A DNA stretch of 64,000 bases from positions 372,001 through 436,000 of the forward strand of contig JBLDXI010000054.1 of the NCBI GenBank assembly GCA_047495785.1. The letters run 5' to 3'. Both the position numbers and the translations under genes were made by a program. The notes under the pieces were generated by a model. That model had not been told where the DNA came from. It searched no databases and saw nothing but the letters and a program-made list of their open reading frames with translations. Numbering within the stretch: the first letter of the stretch is position 1; each line of letters begins with the position of its first letter. Origin of the DNA: Lepidodermella squamata (lineage: Eukaryota; Animalia; Gastrotricha). This document shows, piece after piece, positions 13,001-26,955 of the stretch.

Positions 13001-13512
13001 AAAATGAAGCTTGCTACGTTTTGTAAGTTTTGATTGAAGCTCTGTGTTGTGAGCACAAATTCGTAATGTACTTTTTGTTATAAGCAAACATTTACATTTT
13101 CTCTGTTTGCAAAATGAATAAAGCGCCCGTTCACAATCATATTTGTTCTTTACGAAAAAGCCACGAAAATATAACCCTTGTATATTTTATACTCTCTTGA
13201 ATAAGGAATGTAAGTGATGAGCGAAACCCGCATTTGTAGTTCAGCTTTTTTCATAGCATCTTGGGCAATTTGACCTGTGAGAATAGCTGCAAGCTGCAGT
13301 GTAAATACAACTTATTCTTGCGTGTAAATTTGTCCGACTCATATCATTAATCAGAAAAGCTGAGAAGACTCAGCAAACACCTCCGCTGTCGCAGCAACTG
13401 ATTACATACTAAGCCGTTCTGTTTACGTTATCTCATCACTAGGGTCTGGGATTAAAAGCTTTAAAATGAGCTAAGATATATCGGAAAGGCGTAATTCCGC
13501 AACCTTCGAGCT

Positions 13513-14578
13513 ATGATTTCGCCTGCTGCTATAATTTGCTTGTGTTTCAGCCTTGTAGGTGGCACCTTAGCTTCCCCGCCCACAATTGCTGGATACCACG
13601 TTTGGAACACCCCGGTGGACACTCTGCCCCTCCACCCTCAGAATGACGTTTACCTAAACGCTATCAGTCAGATGCCTGGGCAGAATAATCTGCGTTGTTA
13701 TTTCGGAACCGGAAAGTTTCTCTACGGAATCCCGCCCGGTATCCCTTATGTCGTGGTCTCAGGATCGCAGCCCAAGGTCAACGTTACCTTCACCTTCTGG
13801 GACCAATGCGACCTTGTTGGCTACCCGATCCCAGACAACGTGCCGGTTGAAGTGAGCTGTGAGCTCGGATGATCGCCACGTGATCATCATCGACAGTTCG
13901 ACCTGCACTTTGTACGAAATGCTCTACTACATCAGGAAGGACGATGGCAGCCATACCGCTGCTTCCGGGGCTGTTTTTCACCTGAGGTCAAACAAACTGA
14001 GGCCGGATGAGTGGGTCTCGGCGGATGGCGCTGGTCTTCCGATGTTTCCCGGCCTGGTTCGCTGGGACGAGGTTGCTGCTGGGGAGATCAACCACGCGAT
14101 CCGATTCACCCTGCCCAAGGTCCAGAACTCCCACGTTTGGCCCGCTCGTCACACCGAGTACTCCGAGACCGACCAGTCCTACCCGCCAATGGGAGTCCGT
14201 TTCCGTTTGAAGTCCTCCTTCAACATCACCGGATTCTCAAAGACTAATCAGGTGATTCTGAGGGCCCTTCAGAAGTACGGTGCGATTTTGGCCGATCGTG
14301 GTATGAAGTGGTTTATGACGGGAGAGCCGAATGCGAATTGGGATGATATCGATTTCAATAACCTGTACACGATTCAGTCCACGAATTTTGAGTTTGTCGA
14401 TCAGTCCAAGTTGATGGTTAACAAGGATTCCGCCCAGGCTAAGCTTCCCTCGACAGCTAAGGCTGCTGGTTCTACTACGACCACTACTAAAAAGCCGGCT
14501 ACTACCACGAGCACAACTCGCAAGCCGACTACTACGACAACAGCACAAAAGTCTACCACTAAGAAATCGAAAAATTGA
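13513..14578 (+). pseudogene. Bacterial-type secreted hypothetical protein with Thr/Lys-rich tail, frameshifted by 7-bp duplication
   Basis: Signal peptide; WNTPVD.LP.HP, GIPYVVV..QP, DRHV..D..C.LYE, LRP..W.SADGAGLP..PGL.R.DEV, PPMG.RFRLK, ALQKYG.ILAD.G; intronless; gtgagct x2 at 13852-13865 splits the frame. Confidence 0.7.
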
Positions 14579-15232
14579 AATTGAAGTTAAGAAAATGGAG
14601 GGGAATGTTCGACGTTGACATGGTATTGGGGAGTGCCTCACGAGGACATTGTGGAAATGCACAGGAATAAACTAATTTCGAAAAAGAAGCATTAGGGAGT
14701 AGGGAGATCGAGTCTAAAGCACGTCTTGCCGCTTTGATCTGCGAGGTTAAAAAGGAAAGGGCGAAGTCTACAAACTCAATTTCTAATGAATGCAGTCACT
14801 GGGATCGAACCGATTCAAGGACATTGACTGAGCCTGAAAGAAGTTGCACTTAATGAAGGGTTGACAATAGAAGGGGTTTATTCCTAACGGAAACGGTTCG
14901 ATCGATAGGAGTAAACTTTCAAGGAACTTCCGCCATATAAATCAATGGAATTTACAAGGTTTGGAATATTGCTCCTTCCAAGGATATTAAATATAATCTG
15001 TAAAAATCGAAAACGCAGTTCGTCACGGCGAAGACAGCGGTTTCGATTTTTCGCTTCTATGACGCTGTGGATACGTCATTGCCGAGATGTGCATCAATCG
15101 AACACAGCGCCGCAGTTCTAACCCCGCCTTGGGTGGTGGACAATGCTGACTGACGGGACAAAAATAGTTTTAGCCAACAAGACTTCCATTTTGCCATAAT
15201 GCTACAGTGTTTTCTTGCAGTTTCAACTCGAT

Positions 15233-17881
15233 ATGTGTTTCCTACTTCCTACTAAGACTTTCGATCGCAGTCAAGCTTATTTCAGCTAGTTTTCAAGGTG
15301 AGCTTTCAATAGGAAAACAGAATAAGCCCAAGTGCCGAAATACAGCTCTGTTCTATAGTTTTTGGACCAGAAATTTGTGGAGCCATGATTTTTCCGAGTA
15401 CGCGTACTGCATCTTACTGGGGAAATTCCGGGAGTTCTGAATCCTCTAAGTCAGCAGTAAATCAAGGGGCTACATCAAGGCATGTTTACCCTTGAAATGC
15501 GGCGCTTGATACATGATCTGCCTCCATGTCACAAACGTTGCCACAATTTTATCGATGTTAAGTTTTCGGACTTCTTCGAAATATCCAAAAAGGCTCGACT
15601 ACCAGCACATGCTATTGTAATGGAAAAGTTCAGGAAAATGAACTTTCAATGTTCTTTCGTGAGACGTGTTCGTGGCGCTTGGAACCGCTGACCATCTACT
15701 ATTATTACCAGTTCGCACAACGTGTTCATTAATTATGTGAACAAAAATGCTGATGATCTGCGAAAATATACTACATCTGTGGTGAGGCGCCTTACCAATT
15801 GCTAAATGTTGAAAAACAAAATGCAACAATAAAAACAGCAACAGCAACAGCAACATTATTTGCTAAACAAGTCATCTTAAAAATGTTGTAAATAAAATCA
15901 TCAAAAATGGCTTGAATAAAATCAAATCAAATCAAAGTCTCTGCTGCTTAGTGCCAACCTGCTAAATTAAAAATGGGCAAAATGTTTCGCCGAGCCGATT
16001 ATAACAATATCTCAACTTTTGATTTTTGTTTTGCGATTGTTGAGATTGATCGACCACCATGCATCATAGAGTTGGTCCGGAATATCCATGAAATCGTCAT
16101 GATTTTACAAGTTTGGTTACAGGGCGTGAACATAGTCGAATAATTTGAATGCTATGAGTAAATCGATCGAACCAGCAACCGACATCAGAGAGTTTTTTGG
16201 CCCCATCCAGGCAATGATATACATTTTATTATACTCCAGTATAGATCCATATTCTACCAAACTCAGCGAGGATAACATATATTAAGCGTACATGGCAGTT
16301 GCATTTGTCCGTCAAAAGTTGAAAAACAACGGCGCATCTCACCTGTGTCCTGTGTCATGTGATCTAGCTGCTATTTCATATACTGCGCAATTGGCCTTCT
16401 CTTGCACTTCGTACGGTAAGATGTAAGCTCTATTAGTCGTTATGGCATAAATATTTTCAACCAACTGCAGCAATGGTATATTTAGCGGGTCCGTTGGCTT
16501 CTTTGATTGTAACTTTCCTACCTTTTCTGAGGCTATCTTTGCAAGGTAAGACGAATGAATTTTCAAATTTGAATGATAATTTATCCGTTTTAAAGCTTGC
16601 TCTCCCGAGTGCGATCAGAGAGGCGGATTTTGCAGCTCTAGCAACACTTGCTAATGCTTAGCACGATTCACAGGATCTGATTGTTCGCAATTAGCCACCT
16701 GCCTGGATAAAATATGCTAACTACCTTGATCGATGTAGAAATAGGTCCAATGACAAATCCAGACAGTTACTTACCCGAATATTCTTACACTGGTGATGGG
16801 AATTATGGTACAATTGAAAGTTTTCTCAATTTTTTAAAACATCAATCCGTTCTTCAAGAGATGAATTGGCTGTATAGAAGTAACAAGAATTTCAACAGAA
16901 TTGGGACTAACGGAGAGCTACTGTTGACTTCGACTTCAAAATCGACATACACAACACTGTCTAACAAGAATGTAAAATGAAATACATGAAAACTAAGTTA
17001 ACTCATATAACATCATTGTCTCTAGTTATTTCTGCTAAACGATTTTTCGATAAATTTCACGATGTCCATCGATGGGTGGACAGATATGTATGCCATTGGC
17101 GTAATTTCCAACTCATCGATCAGTTACACGGTTACTCCGTCAAATTTGGGAAATTTGCTGAATTACGACACATTCTGCGGGTTCTCGCTGAGGGTCTGGA
17201 GTTACAGGAGCACTTACCACGTTTTGAAGTCGCAAAGCTGCACTGAGGTCGATGTATCAGATTCTTCATCGCAACCTAGTGCGTCGTTCGATAAGACTAT
17301 AACAACGGACCCACATCACGTTGGCATTGTTGTGAGGAACGGCAACAAGCTTTGGATGGACCTTTGCACGGCTTCGACTTGTATGTCACCCTTTAAAGGA
17401 GTGGTGCTGTCGAATCCCATACCGATATCAGATGCTAAAGTCGACCCGGCTGTTCTCGTTATAACTGCTTACAACTCAGGGACTTATGCACCTATGAAAT
17501 TGTCGATTTCAGGGTTTATAGCTTATGTAAGTTCCACTAGCGATTGAAGATTCCATCACGAAAAAGTATCGAAATGCTAAATTTATTGATTTCAGTCACG
17601 CCAAACAGTCAAACAGCTGGCTGCGGGAAGGGTTACTGCGTCGGGCCGAGGAAATGTGCCTGTAAGAAAGGTTGGACAGGACCTAGATGCGACCAACGTG
17701 AGTAGTTTGCGCTTCGTTTTCCTGACTTAATTTCGCTTTTGACGTTCAGAATTGTGTGGATCCGTGATTTGCTCCAACAACGCCTATTGTACGGCCCCAA
17801 ATAATTGCTCATTGCACGGCTATGCTGTGCACCTGCGATGATGGTTCGGAACGTCGCGACTGCAACGATCCAAGTTTTTAA
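15233..17881 (+). pseudogene. EGF-repeat protein copy B, pseudogene
   Basis: KLISAS signal exon with 7-bp duplication (15239-15252); in-frame TAA in EGF exon (16652-16654); KLWMDLCTASTCMSPFKGV matches copy A KLWADVCTPASCTAVFNGV; fused/deleted 3' exons. Confidence 0.7.
15440..15936 (+). mobile_element. 3' fragment of CR1/L2-like LINE in intron of EGF pseudogene
   Basis: LEMRRLIHDL..HK...DFF...F.RRV.GAWN pattern; AATAAA plus (AATCA)n tail. Confidence 0.6.
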
Positions 17882-18444
17882 TGGTCAGATCCTGAAATTC
17901 ATTGCCGCCGAATTTTAAAAATTAATCAAAATTATTATAGTCGAATAAAATTACGAAAACTAAGATGACAAAATGTTTGAAAGACCAATATTCCTGACAA
18001 TAATGATACCTAGTAATATTAATAAAAATTATACTAATAAAAATAAGAAATAGTAATCGTAATACTTCGAATAAAAAATATTAAAATAAAAAATAAATAA
18101 ATAAAATATTTCCATTAGCAGATCCATTAGCTGGGATTCGAACCCTCCCATGGTGAATCTATGTGTGAGTTTAGCTGTCAATCGAACTCAGCATTTGCTG
18201 CACGAAAAAGCGCACACATGGCACGTGCCATTTTTATTGCTCATTCATTAATCGTAAACAGATGATGCCAAATCATTTGCTCATGTTTACAAGAATGCAG
18301 CAAAAATCAGTATGAATGACTGATTCCTATCAACTCTCATAACTCACAACTTTTGAAGTCCATCTTCTCTTCTTTAACCAATTTCAAACTAATTTCACTG
18401 CTAGCATCACATTTTTAATACGCATTTAGTTTTTATTAAGTTAA

Positions 18445-21244
18445 ATGGCTTTTGAGCTTATTTTCGGTCGAGATGCTTCGCCCGGATCTGAGGCAATTTG
18501 TAAAATCCTCGACTCTCTCAACACTCGGGAAGATATCGAGATATTTTCCACCGAAGTTCGTACCCGAGCCGCTGGTGGGCCTGATTCAGTCAAAGATTAC
18601 CAGGCTAAAATTGTTGCATTGGAAAAGCAAGGAAAAATCGCCCGCGATCACTCGAAGTTCGACGAAGCTCTAGCGGCTTATCGCGAATCGGCCGAGTTAC
18701 GCGGTCATTTCACGAATTCAACATCTCGTAACCTCGTCGAGATTTACGAAAAATTGAAACGCTACGAAGAGGCTGTTTCTACGCTGTTCTTAGCTAAATA
18801 CTGCTACGATTACGACGACCAGCGTTGGCTGCTGGATAAGTTCGAAAGTCTGTACAATCATCTTGGCTACTCCAGCGACTCGAAGTACAACGATGCCGAC
18901 CTTCAATCTAACAGCCTGGATCGAATCGCGAAATTCAACGATTTTTCCGATGAAACTATTTCCGAGTTGATTTTCCCGGTTTTCCACTTCATTCAAAACG
19001 CTGATCAACGCACAAATATGATCAAAGACCGGCACAAGCAGGCGTTTTACGATGAAGTTGGCCGGAATAAAAGTTTGGTCAAGTTTCTGGAAAAGGTTGA
19101 CATGTCAGATTTCACTCTCGATCGGCGTCACTTCATCTGGGCTCTACTATTTGTATCCAGGCGCCTGGCGACTGAGCGAGAGGATCAATTCATGTCAGTT
19201 CGCTGGGTGTCTCAAATGGTCTATCGATTGAATGCGACTTCAGTTATGCCTGGGGCGCTTGAAAAATTGGCGAAATTTGACCCTGGAGCTTTGGATCGAT
19301 TTCATGGTGATATGGTTGGCCCAGTTCTGCCAACGGTTCATTTCATTGTCCAGGGCGATCCGAGAAGTGGAAGGCATACGTTCCCGTACCCGTTTTCGGA
19401 CTTCTTCTGGTACTGCTCTGTAGCTTGCTTGCCGTTTTTCGCTGGAAAAGAGCTGAGTTCTGTACGATTCGGCGCGGTTGATTTCATTGGAGTTGTTGAG
19501 ATGTCGACAATGTTGCTGGTGAAGTTTGAGGAGCTGTTCGAGTCATGCTCAAATTCAATGGTTGACGGGTTGAAGCACGAGGCTGCGTCTAATCCGACTG
19601 GGCTGGTTCAAAGTTTCGATTTGATGCTACTCGCAATCATAGCAAATTTCGCTAAGTGGAGAGAGGTTGGTTAACCAGAATATTTCCTCTAGATTTTTTG
19701 TATTGAAGCATTGATGGAATTTTTTTGTAATTTTGAGATGATACTTTCTTAGTCTTGAACTTACTTCGACGAATTGATAAATAGCGTGAAAAATTGTTAA
19801 TTTAAATTAAAGTGGATAAATTTATTTGTTGAAATAAATTAAATTATTGAATTTAAATTCAAAAAATGTGAATAACCTAAAAATTTGAATTAATTGAGCA
19901 TTGGTCCGACTCAGTCCAGCTCAGGGAAGAGGGAGGGGGGTTGTAAATAGAGTATCTTTGAGCCAAAAATTTGCAAATTTTAAGGGTGACCTAGACACTA
20001 TACGTTTTTTCGCAAAATTCGAAAATGTTCAAAAACCAGAAGGTGTTTTGCCCTTGTCCCAAATTTCCCAAGATTCATCTGTAAACATAGCATTTCTGCA
20101 ATTGAACAATTTAAATTACGTAAAATGCATATATCATCCGTAAAATATTATGAAAAATTTGGCTTGTAATTTTGATTATTTCCCTAATGTTTTTCAGGTT
20201 TTATTTACGAACCCGCAGTTGGAAGAACTCGGCATGACTGTGACGCAGTCTAAAATCATGACGAACCTGATCACGAATCTATCCGCTACCTTCGACTCGA
20301 TCATCAGCACCTACATGAAACCGAAATACGCCAACCTCACGCCGTGGAACACGTTCTTCCGCGACAACCAGCCGTCGTTTTTCGTCGTAGCATCTAAAAT
20401 CATTCGCTTCATCGGCGAAAACGCGGAAGACCTGGACGAAGACAACATTTTCCCTCTCATCTCATCTGTCTCGCGAAGTCTACACAACGCAATTTGTTTC
20501 GATTTATCCGATCCCGCTGACCCGATTCATCTGATGAAAATCACAGCTTGTCCGCAATTTGTCAAAAATTACGTGGCGGCTGGTAAAGCTCTGATGGCTC
20601 GAGCGAAGATGTTTCAGACTGATATTACGTCAATGCGAAAAGTTTCGTTAAAAAAACTCGATGCCCTCAACGAAGATGCAAATGTTGTCATTGAATGCGG
20701 CTGCTTATTCTTCGTCATGACACTGGTCGAACTTGCGAAGGCTAGCCCGAAGATCATGGAACCACTGACGCCTGTGGCTGAGAGGCTTTTCCACTACTAC
20801 AAGCCACCAGATTCTGGAGTTTTGGTCACATATTTATTCAAATACGCGACTGAAAAGCAGAAGGAACGCTGGGCTAAGCCATCGAATGCGAAGCTGTTCA
20901 AAAACATGGCGAAATGGTACATTCAAATTGTTGTAGATCGTAAGTCGTTCGAGCTGGGCAAATCAAGCTGTTTGAACTCTTGCCTGGCCACGGCTAAGCT
21001 GCTTGATTCGAATTTGGTTCAAGTGAAAGATTTCGAACTGACAGCTCAAGCTCAAAATCGGTTGATTTCTAACCTTGTCTCGTTGGCCTTAGATAGAACC
21101 GCTCAGTTGAGCGTTTTCGCTTCAAGCATTCTACTGGCTGCTCTGGTCAAACAGGATCCTAAACTTCGAAATTCTGTTCGAGATCAGCAGAAGAAAATTG
21201 TTGCTAATTTGCAACAGAAAATTAAGAATTTTCAATTGAAGTGA
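18445..21244 (+). CDS. Two-exon gene (18445-19665, 20198-21244), about 755 aa; N-terminal TPR-like pair plus alpha-helical solenoid, function unknown
   Basis: Phase-0 GT-AG intron joins two long ORFs; G..AR...KFDEALAAYRES and L..IY..L.RYEEAV resemble TPR helices. Confidence 0.7.
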
Positions 21245-21333
21245 TGATATTTCTTGGAAGAAATAAATTTTGAGAATCTGATGACTTGTTTATTTTTCTC
21301 CTGAAATATTCATTAACTATTAGATGATTGGTA

Positions 21334-22907
21334 TCATAAATTTGAAATCGCTCCAAGGAGAATTATCGAGAAAAATGCGTTCAGTTTCGACGGTGCTGAA
21401 ATATTGAAAACGTGAGTTTGCTAATTTGGTTGAAATTAATTAGTTACCTATCTTCCCTGCATTGGATTTCGAGCTCGAGGAGGTACTTGTTGCTGTAACA
21501 GCTGTGAAGTAGAATTGTTAGTATCAGTGTTCAATTCAGGTTTGAGGAATATCTCACTTCGGCACATGCCGTTCGAGGCAGAGGTTGTAGTATCTTCAGG
21601 ACAGATGAAGCAGCCATTAGCCGAATCGCAAGCCTGAACTTGGGTCGAGTATGAGTACGGGAATATGACACAGGCTCCACCTTTCGCAATGTTGAATGTG
21701 CTGTTAACAGCTGGAAAGACCATCAATTGGTTATTATTTCATCGCCAATCTCAAGTTTTGTTACTTTTTATGAAACAGTATGAAGCAGATACAGTTGTCA
21801 TAGTTCCGTCGATTTCGCTCACGTCGACATCGGTAATTTTGGTTTGCTGATAGGTGTCGAGACAAGCGCAAACTCCGCCGGTGCAGGTGTAGCCCGCGTA
21901 GACAGAGGGCGATAGGCCCCAGCAGTCATCGGCGGAAGAGCAAGAATCACCAGCATCCTCTGTAGTGATGCACATGGTTCAGATGTATGTACAGCTATTA
22001 TTTTCTTCTATTTTATGCTTCGAAATTTGAAAGCGGGAACTCAATCGGAAAGGGAAATGTTTGCTAATTTTTAGGGATTCTTGATACTTTAATTGGAGCT
22101 TCCAAAGTTTTGCTTTCGAATCTCCGAATCTCTGACCACAATCATTGGTCTGCTGATCGCAGCATTTTCAGTCCTGGGTAACAGTTTTCAAAAAAAGAAG
22201 TTTGGCTGAATTTTGATCAAAAATATTCCTTGATATCTGTACGGTTCTCTCTCATCTTTGATCTATAAATAGCTTACTGAGAGTACAGTAGCCTGTGGCT
22301 GAAGAGATTTTGTAGCTAGGGAAGCATTGGCAAGTTCCTCCGGTGCAGTTTAGACCGGTATTAAAGCCACAATCAGCTGTTGTATTTGTACACGCCTTGT
22401 TGAGATTGTACGAACAAGCTGATCCTGACTTCGAAAAACCGAAGAAGCACGTCGATATGCCGTAGTAGCAACCAGCTGAAAGACGATAAAGCCCAATTTT
22501 CTGTAGCTGAGGTCTGAAATTTTGACTTACCGTGATCAACATGTTTCTCGAAATCCGCGAAGGTGCAAGTATCGCCGAGTGCCAGTGTTTGCGCTGTATT
22601 CGAAATTCTCATCAACAATTACCTAGAGGTAGCTCAAAGGCTTACTCGCTTGACATGCTGTTCGATTTACATTGTAATCCACTGCGGTGAAAAAAATCGT
22701 TTATTAGGACAATTAATTGAACAGGTTATTTCACCAACTTCCGCTCTTGCAAATGCAGTAGCCCTTGGAGCAGCCTAAAGCTGATAGACTCAAGCATTTC
22801 TCTCCAGTCCCAGGGCAATCGCTGTCAGTCGAGCAAACGTCCTTGTAAGCCGCTTGCACTAGGGCGGCGAAAACCATGGTGTATATGACTATCAGTTTCG
22901 CCGACAT
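21334..22907 (-). CDS. Cys-rich EB-module surface protein, GPI-anchor-like, paralog 1
   Basis: Signal MSAKLIVIYTMVFAALVQA; repeated C-x2-D-x-DC..C-x2-G-x-C-x-C; Ser/Thr spacer; hydrophobic C-terminal exon. Confidence 0.7.
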
Positions 22908-23302
22908 TTTTTGCGGGGAGAAAACACTGAAATGAGGCAGTTTGACCTGGCGCGTGAATTCATCAATGAAAGCAGTGGCTGGTATCTCAACTGCGTTGCC
23001 ATTCGTGATTTTCCCATTTTCTCAGAATGCACTGAGATTTTCTCAAAAGAGTGCGCACTTTTTTACGCGTGATAGACTGAAAAGACATTCAGCGCAAAAG
23101 ATTAAAGCGTCAAAATAACTTTCTCACGTCTCATCGACTATTTTTAGTTCTGGAATTACGGTGGTGTAAATATGTCAAAATAAAAAATAAATATATTTGA
23201 TCTAGTACCACTCATTACTCAACAAGCTTTCAACAAGTTCAGGTCGACAAATAGCACTTGAAACATGAATGAAGAGGTAATCAACGATCAACGATGATGT
23301 TC

Positions 23303-24689
23303 TTAGTTCATGAGTTTTGTGATTATTGATACTACCGATAGTATCAGCGGAGAAGCTCCAACGAAGCAGCCTGAGAAAAGCTTTGCAAATTTGATCGATT
23401 ATCTAAAGCGATTCGACTAACCTGATCGGTTGGATTTTACATCAATTTTTGACGTCGCTTGAAGTATCGACGAGTTGGTACTATTCGAGCTTGTCGTCAT
23501 TAAAACAGAGCTTGTCGTAGTATCAACTCGGCTCGTTGTTGATGTTTGCGTGGTACTTGAGTTCAAAGCTGAATTCGATGTTGATTGTGTCGTTACTCCG
23601 GATTTAGATGTTGATCCACAGCCTGATAAGCTCGGACAACTCAGCGAATAGACTTGATTCATTTCTTCTCAAATCGAAATTAAGCGAATGAGAAAAAGGC
23701 GTGCTGAATACTAAACACAGACGTACTCTTGCACCTCGAGGTGGAAGAATTTCGTTCCTCTGGGCAAACAAAGCAGCTATGGCTTGAACCAGCGCATATG
23801 TTAACCTGGCTGTTTGGGGTAAGGTAGGGCCTTGGAGTGCAGGAAGTGTTGGTCAAATTGAACGAGCTCCCAACCGCTGAAGGGCCGAAACGATTACAGT
23901 TTTCTTTAAACGGATAAAACCTCACCTGAGGAGAAACAGTAATTAGCGTCATTCAGCTTGATGGCTGCTGAGCCTCGAGCGATTTCAGCTTCAGTTATCT
24001 TAGCCAACTGGTATCCAGTCGCGCACGAGCAAATGCCGTTTTTGCATGAAAATCCACTGCTAGTCGTCGACAGCGCAAAACATTCCCAGTCTGAGATGCA
24101 AGAATCTCCTATGTCCTCTGATTTAAAGATGAAACGATATTGAGCCTGGAATCATCAAAATTAAAGTTAGACTAACTCGGAACGCAGGCGAAGCTGCTAT
24201 TTTTGTATCCAAATGTGCAGATACAAGTGTCGTTGAGACAGTCGTACTTCGCCCCACAATCATTAGCCGCGCTTTTGCAAGCTTTCCCCATGTTTGAGAG
24301 GCAAGTCTTCCCAGACCGGTAGTAGCCGGAATTGCATGTAGAAACTCCGGAAATACAACCAGCATTGGCGACGTGAATTTCGAGAAGAGCCCCCGTGCAT
24401 GCATCACCTGGTACTAAGCTCACCTTTAGAAGGCAACGAGTCTTTTCCACATTGTAGTCCACTGAACATCATCAAAAACTGTTCCAAATGATTTTTAAAT
24501 GTGAAAAATGTTACTGTCGGATTTGCAAGAGCAGACTCCCTTCGTGCAATCGAATGACGCCATGGTAAGACAGATTTCATCAGTTATTGAGCAATCGCTG
24601 TCCGAAGAGCAGCTCGCATTGAAAGTTGCGGAAGAAATGTTAGTGACGGATGAAATTACGAGAATGAAATAGGATACTCTACATGCCAT
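23303..24689 (-). CDS. EB-module surface protein, paralog 2 (long Ser/Thr stalk)
   Basis: Same exon and Cys pattern as neighbours; ST-rich exon 23420-23645; hydrophobic tail. Confidence 0.7.
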
Positions 24690-25054
24690 TTCGAATGGAA
24701 AAACGTCACTTTTGTGTCGGAATGGTCTGAAATGAATGGTCTGAACGTCAACAAGCAAGCCTTCCCAGTGGAGCAATTGATTGAATAATTGGTGAATTAT
24801 TGATCGCTCGTTAATAGTTTTTAATGAGCTGAATGTAGCGAATGATAATCAGTGGGCCTTTTATGGGCCTTGTTCAGCTTTATCCAAATTTTGTAACCGA
24901 AATTCCCTAAATTAACCAACACCATATTCACTGTGATTTATTATACCCACAAAACCTCATCCATAAAGAATCACAAAAATGCACGTTTAACAGAGTATCA
25001 AAACAGAACAACAGATTAAATCCACGTTCCTAGAAATTATAGTATTTCCTATGA

Positions 25055-26554
25055 TCACATAACCATGAGAAATGATCCACTGGCGATAAGGGCAAATGTG
25101 ACTACCAGAAAACTTGATTCCTTGCCAACATCTGCTTTCAATAAATTCTAGTTAGGAATGATACGTCAAAAGGCTTGGGAGCAAAGTATCAACTTACAAC
25201 CGGCGTTGCACTTCGATTGGGATGAAACAGAGCTGGTGGTTGTCGTTGCTGAGGCCGAAGTGGTCCCAGATGAGGCGCAGCCCGATAGGCTAACGCAGGA
25301 TGGGACTGATGTAGTAACAGCTGAAATGACATTGTTGGGATAATTTCAATCAATTAAACAGCGATAATACCTTTGCAAGTGCCTGTCGAAGCCGAGGAAC
25401 TGTTCTCAGGGCAAACGTAGCAGCCATTCGTGGTTCCAGCGCAGGTTGTTACCTTGCTGTTAGCATACGACTGAGGCCACATGGTGCAAGAAGTTCCATT
25501 CGTGGTTACGTTGAAAGTACTGCTAACACCTAATGCAACACAAAATTTGATTCTAAAAGTCTAGAATATTCCCAAACGATGCTCACTTGTAGAGAAGCAG
25601 AAATTTGCCGTCGATGTCTTCATCGAAGCGTCAGCTTCGTTTACTTCGAGATCAGTGATCTTCAGCGCTATGTAGCCACTAGAACACGCGCATTTGCCGC
25701 TGCTGCAGGAATAGCCAACATTGGCTGTAGGAGACAGGGCTGCACAATCGGAATCGGTTGTGCATGAATCGCCAATATCTTCTGCAAGGATGAAAAGGAA
25801 ATATTTCATTATTGTGGTTCACTCTAAAATGCTCAATTGACAGTCAAGTTTGAAAAAGACGAATTTGTTCTCAGTTTTTTGAAAATTATGAAAAATTACT
25901 GAAAAATTCAGAAAATGAATGTTTTTTTTTATTTTTCTTCAATTTAAAAAAAATGAAAAAATTGATAACAGAAATGTGAAAAATCAGCAGTCGAAAAATT
26001 CAAATGATCGACATCAAAATTAGAACTTGGAAAAATGATTTCTTACTTGCTATGCAAATGCCTCCACTGGATTTGTAAGCTGAAGAACAGGCACATGCTC
26101 CACTCGAGCAAGTCAGCGCAGTTTTGTAGCCACAATCGCTCGCCGTTTCAGTACAGCTCCTGCCCAGGCTGTAGACGCAGGACGAGCCTGATTTATAGTA
26201 GCCAAAGAAGCAGCTTGAAATTCCGAAGAAACACCCAGCATTGGTCACGTGCTGCTCGTAATCAGCTCCGGTGCAAACCTCGCCAAGTGATACCTCCATT
26301 TTGTAAACGCATTTTGTTCGGTTGAAGTTATAGTCAACTGTACGAAATTCAAGGTTATTTTGAAAAATGAGTTTAATGTGATTATTACATCCAGATTTAC
26401 AGGCGCAGTAGCCCTGTGTACAGCCCATAGCGCTGAGGGTGAGACAAAATTCATTGGTAATTGAACAATCACCGTCTTTGGAGCACGTTGCTAAATACGT
26501 GGCCGAGGCGAACTGAACAGCAAATATTGTCAAAATCAGAACTCGAAACATCAT
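25055..26554 (-). CDS. EB-module surface protein, paralog 3
   Basis: Signal MMFRVLILTIFAVQFASA; conserved DYNFNRTKC, ITDLEVNEADASMKT; hydrophobic tail. Confidence 0.75.
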
Positions 26555-26955
26555 TGCTTGGATGTATATAATGAATCTCTATATCAGTGCAAATTTCAGG
26601 TTGATTTTCCTATGCTCAAAGCTTTGACTAGTGTTATTTTGTGTTGTCGTATCCCCATAGCTACTAAGTGCCCAATGGGAACCAATAATTCATTCTTCGT
26701 TCCGCGCGAATTTTTGCATACAGCGTATTGCTCGTTTCAAGCAATTATCGGGAAAAAACGGTTTGTCCTCTGTTGCGTCTAGGTTATGTGAAAACGGCAT
26801 TACTAGGTAACCAAGTTGAATAAAAACAAATTGGCACTCTTCATAACTGGACTCGCTACCTCGATTACGTGTCACTTCATCATGTAAATCAACACGCATG
26901 AGTTGGCCGCTTTATTAAGTCTGAGTAAACAAAAATCGAAACTACATGAATAATT

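Noticed and set aside
13850-13872. Possible intron or programmed frameshift joining the two ORFs
   Set aside because: No room for an intron with an acceptor; the exact 7-bp duplication explains the shift
15950-16340. Possible retroelement remnant on minus strand (VILAEFGR)
   Set aside because: Too degraded to support
18120-18190. GGTTCGAATCCC B-box on minus strand (similar near 14800)
   Set aside because: No cloverleaf or A-box; at most a SINE relic, not a tRNA
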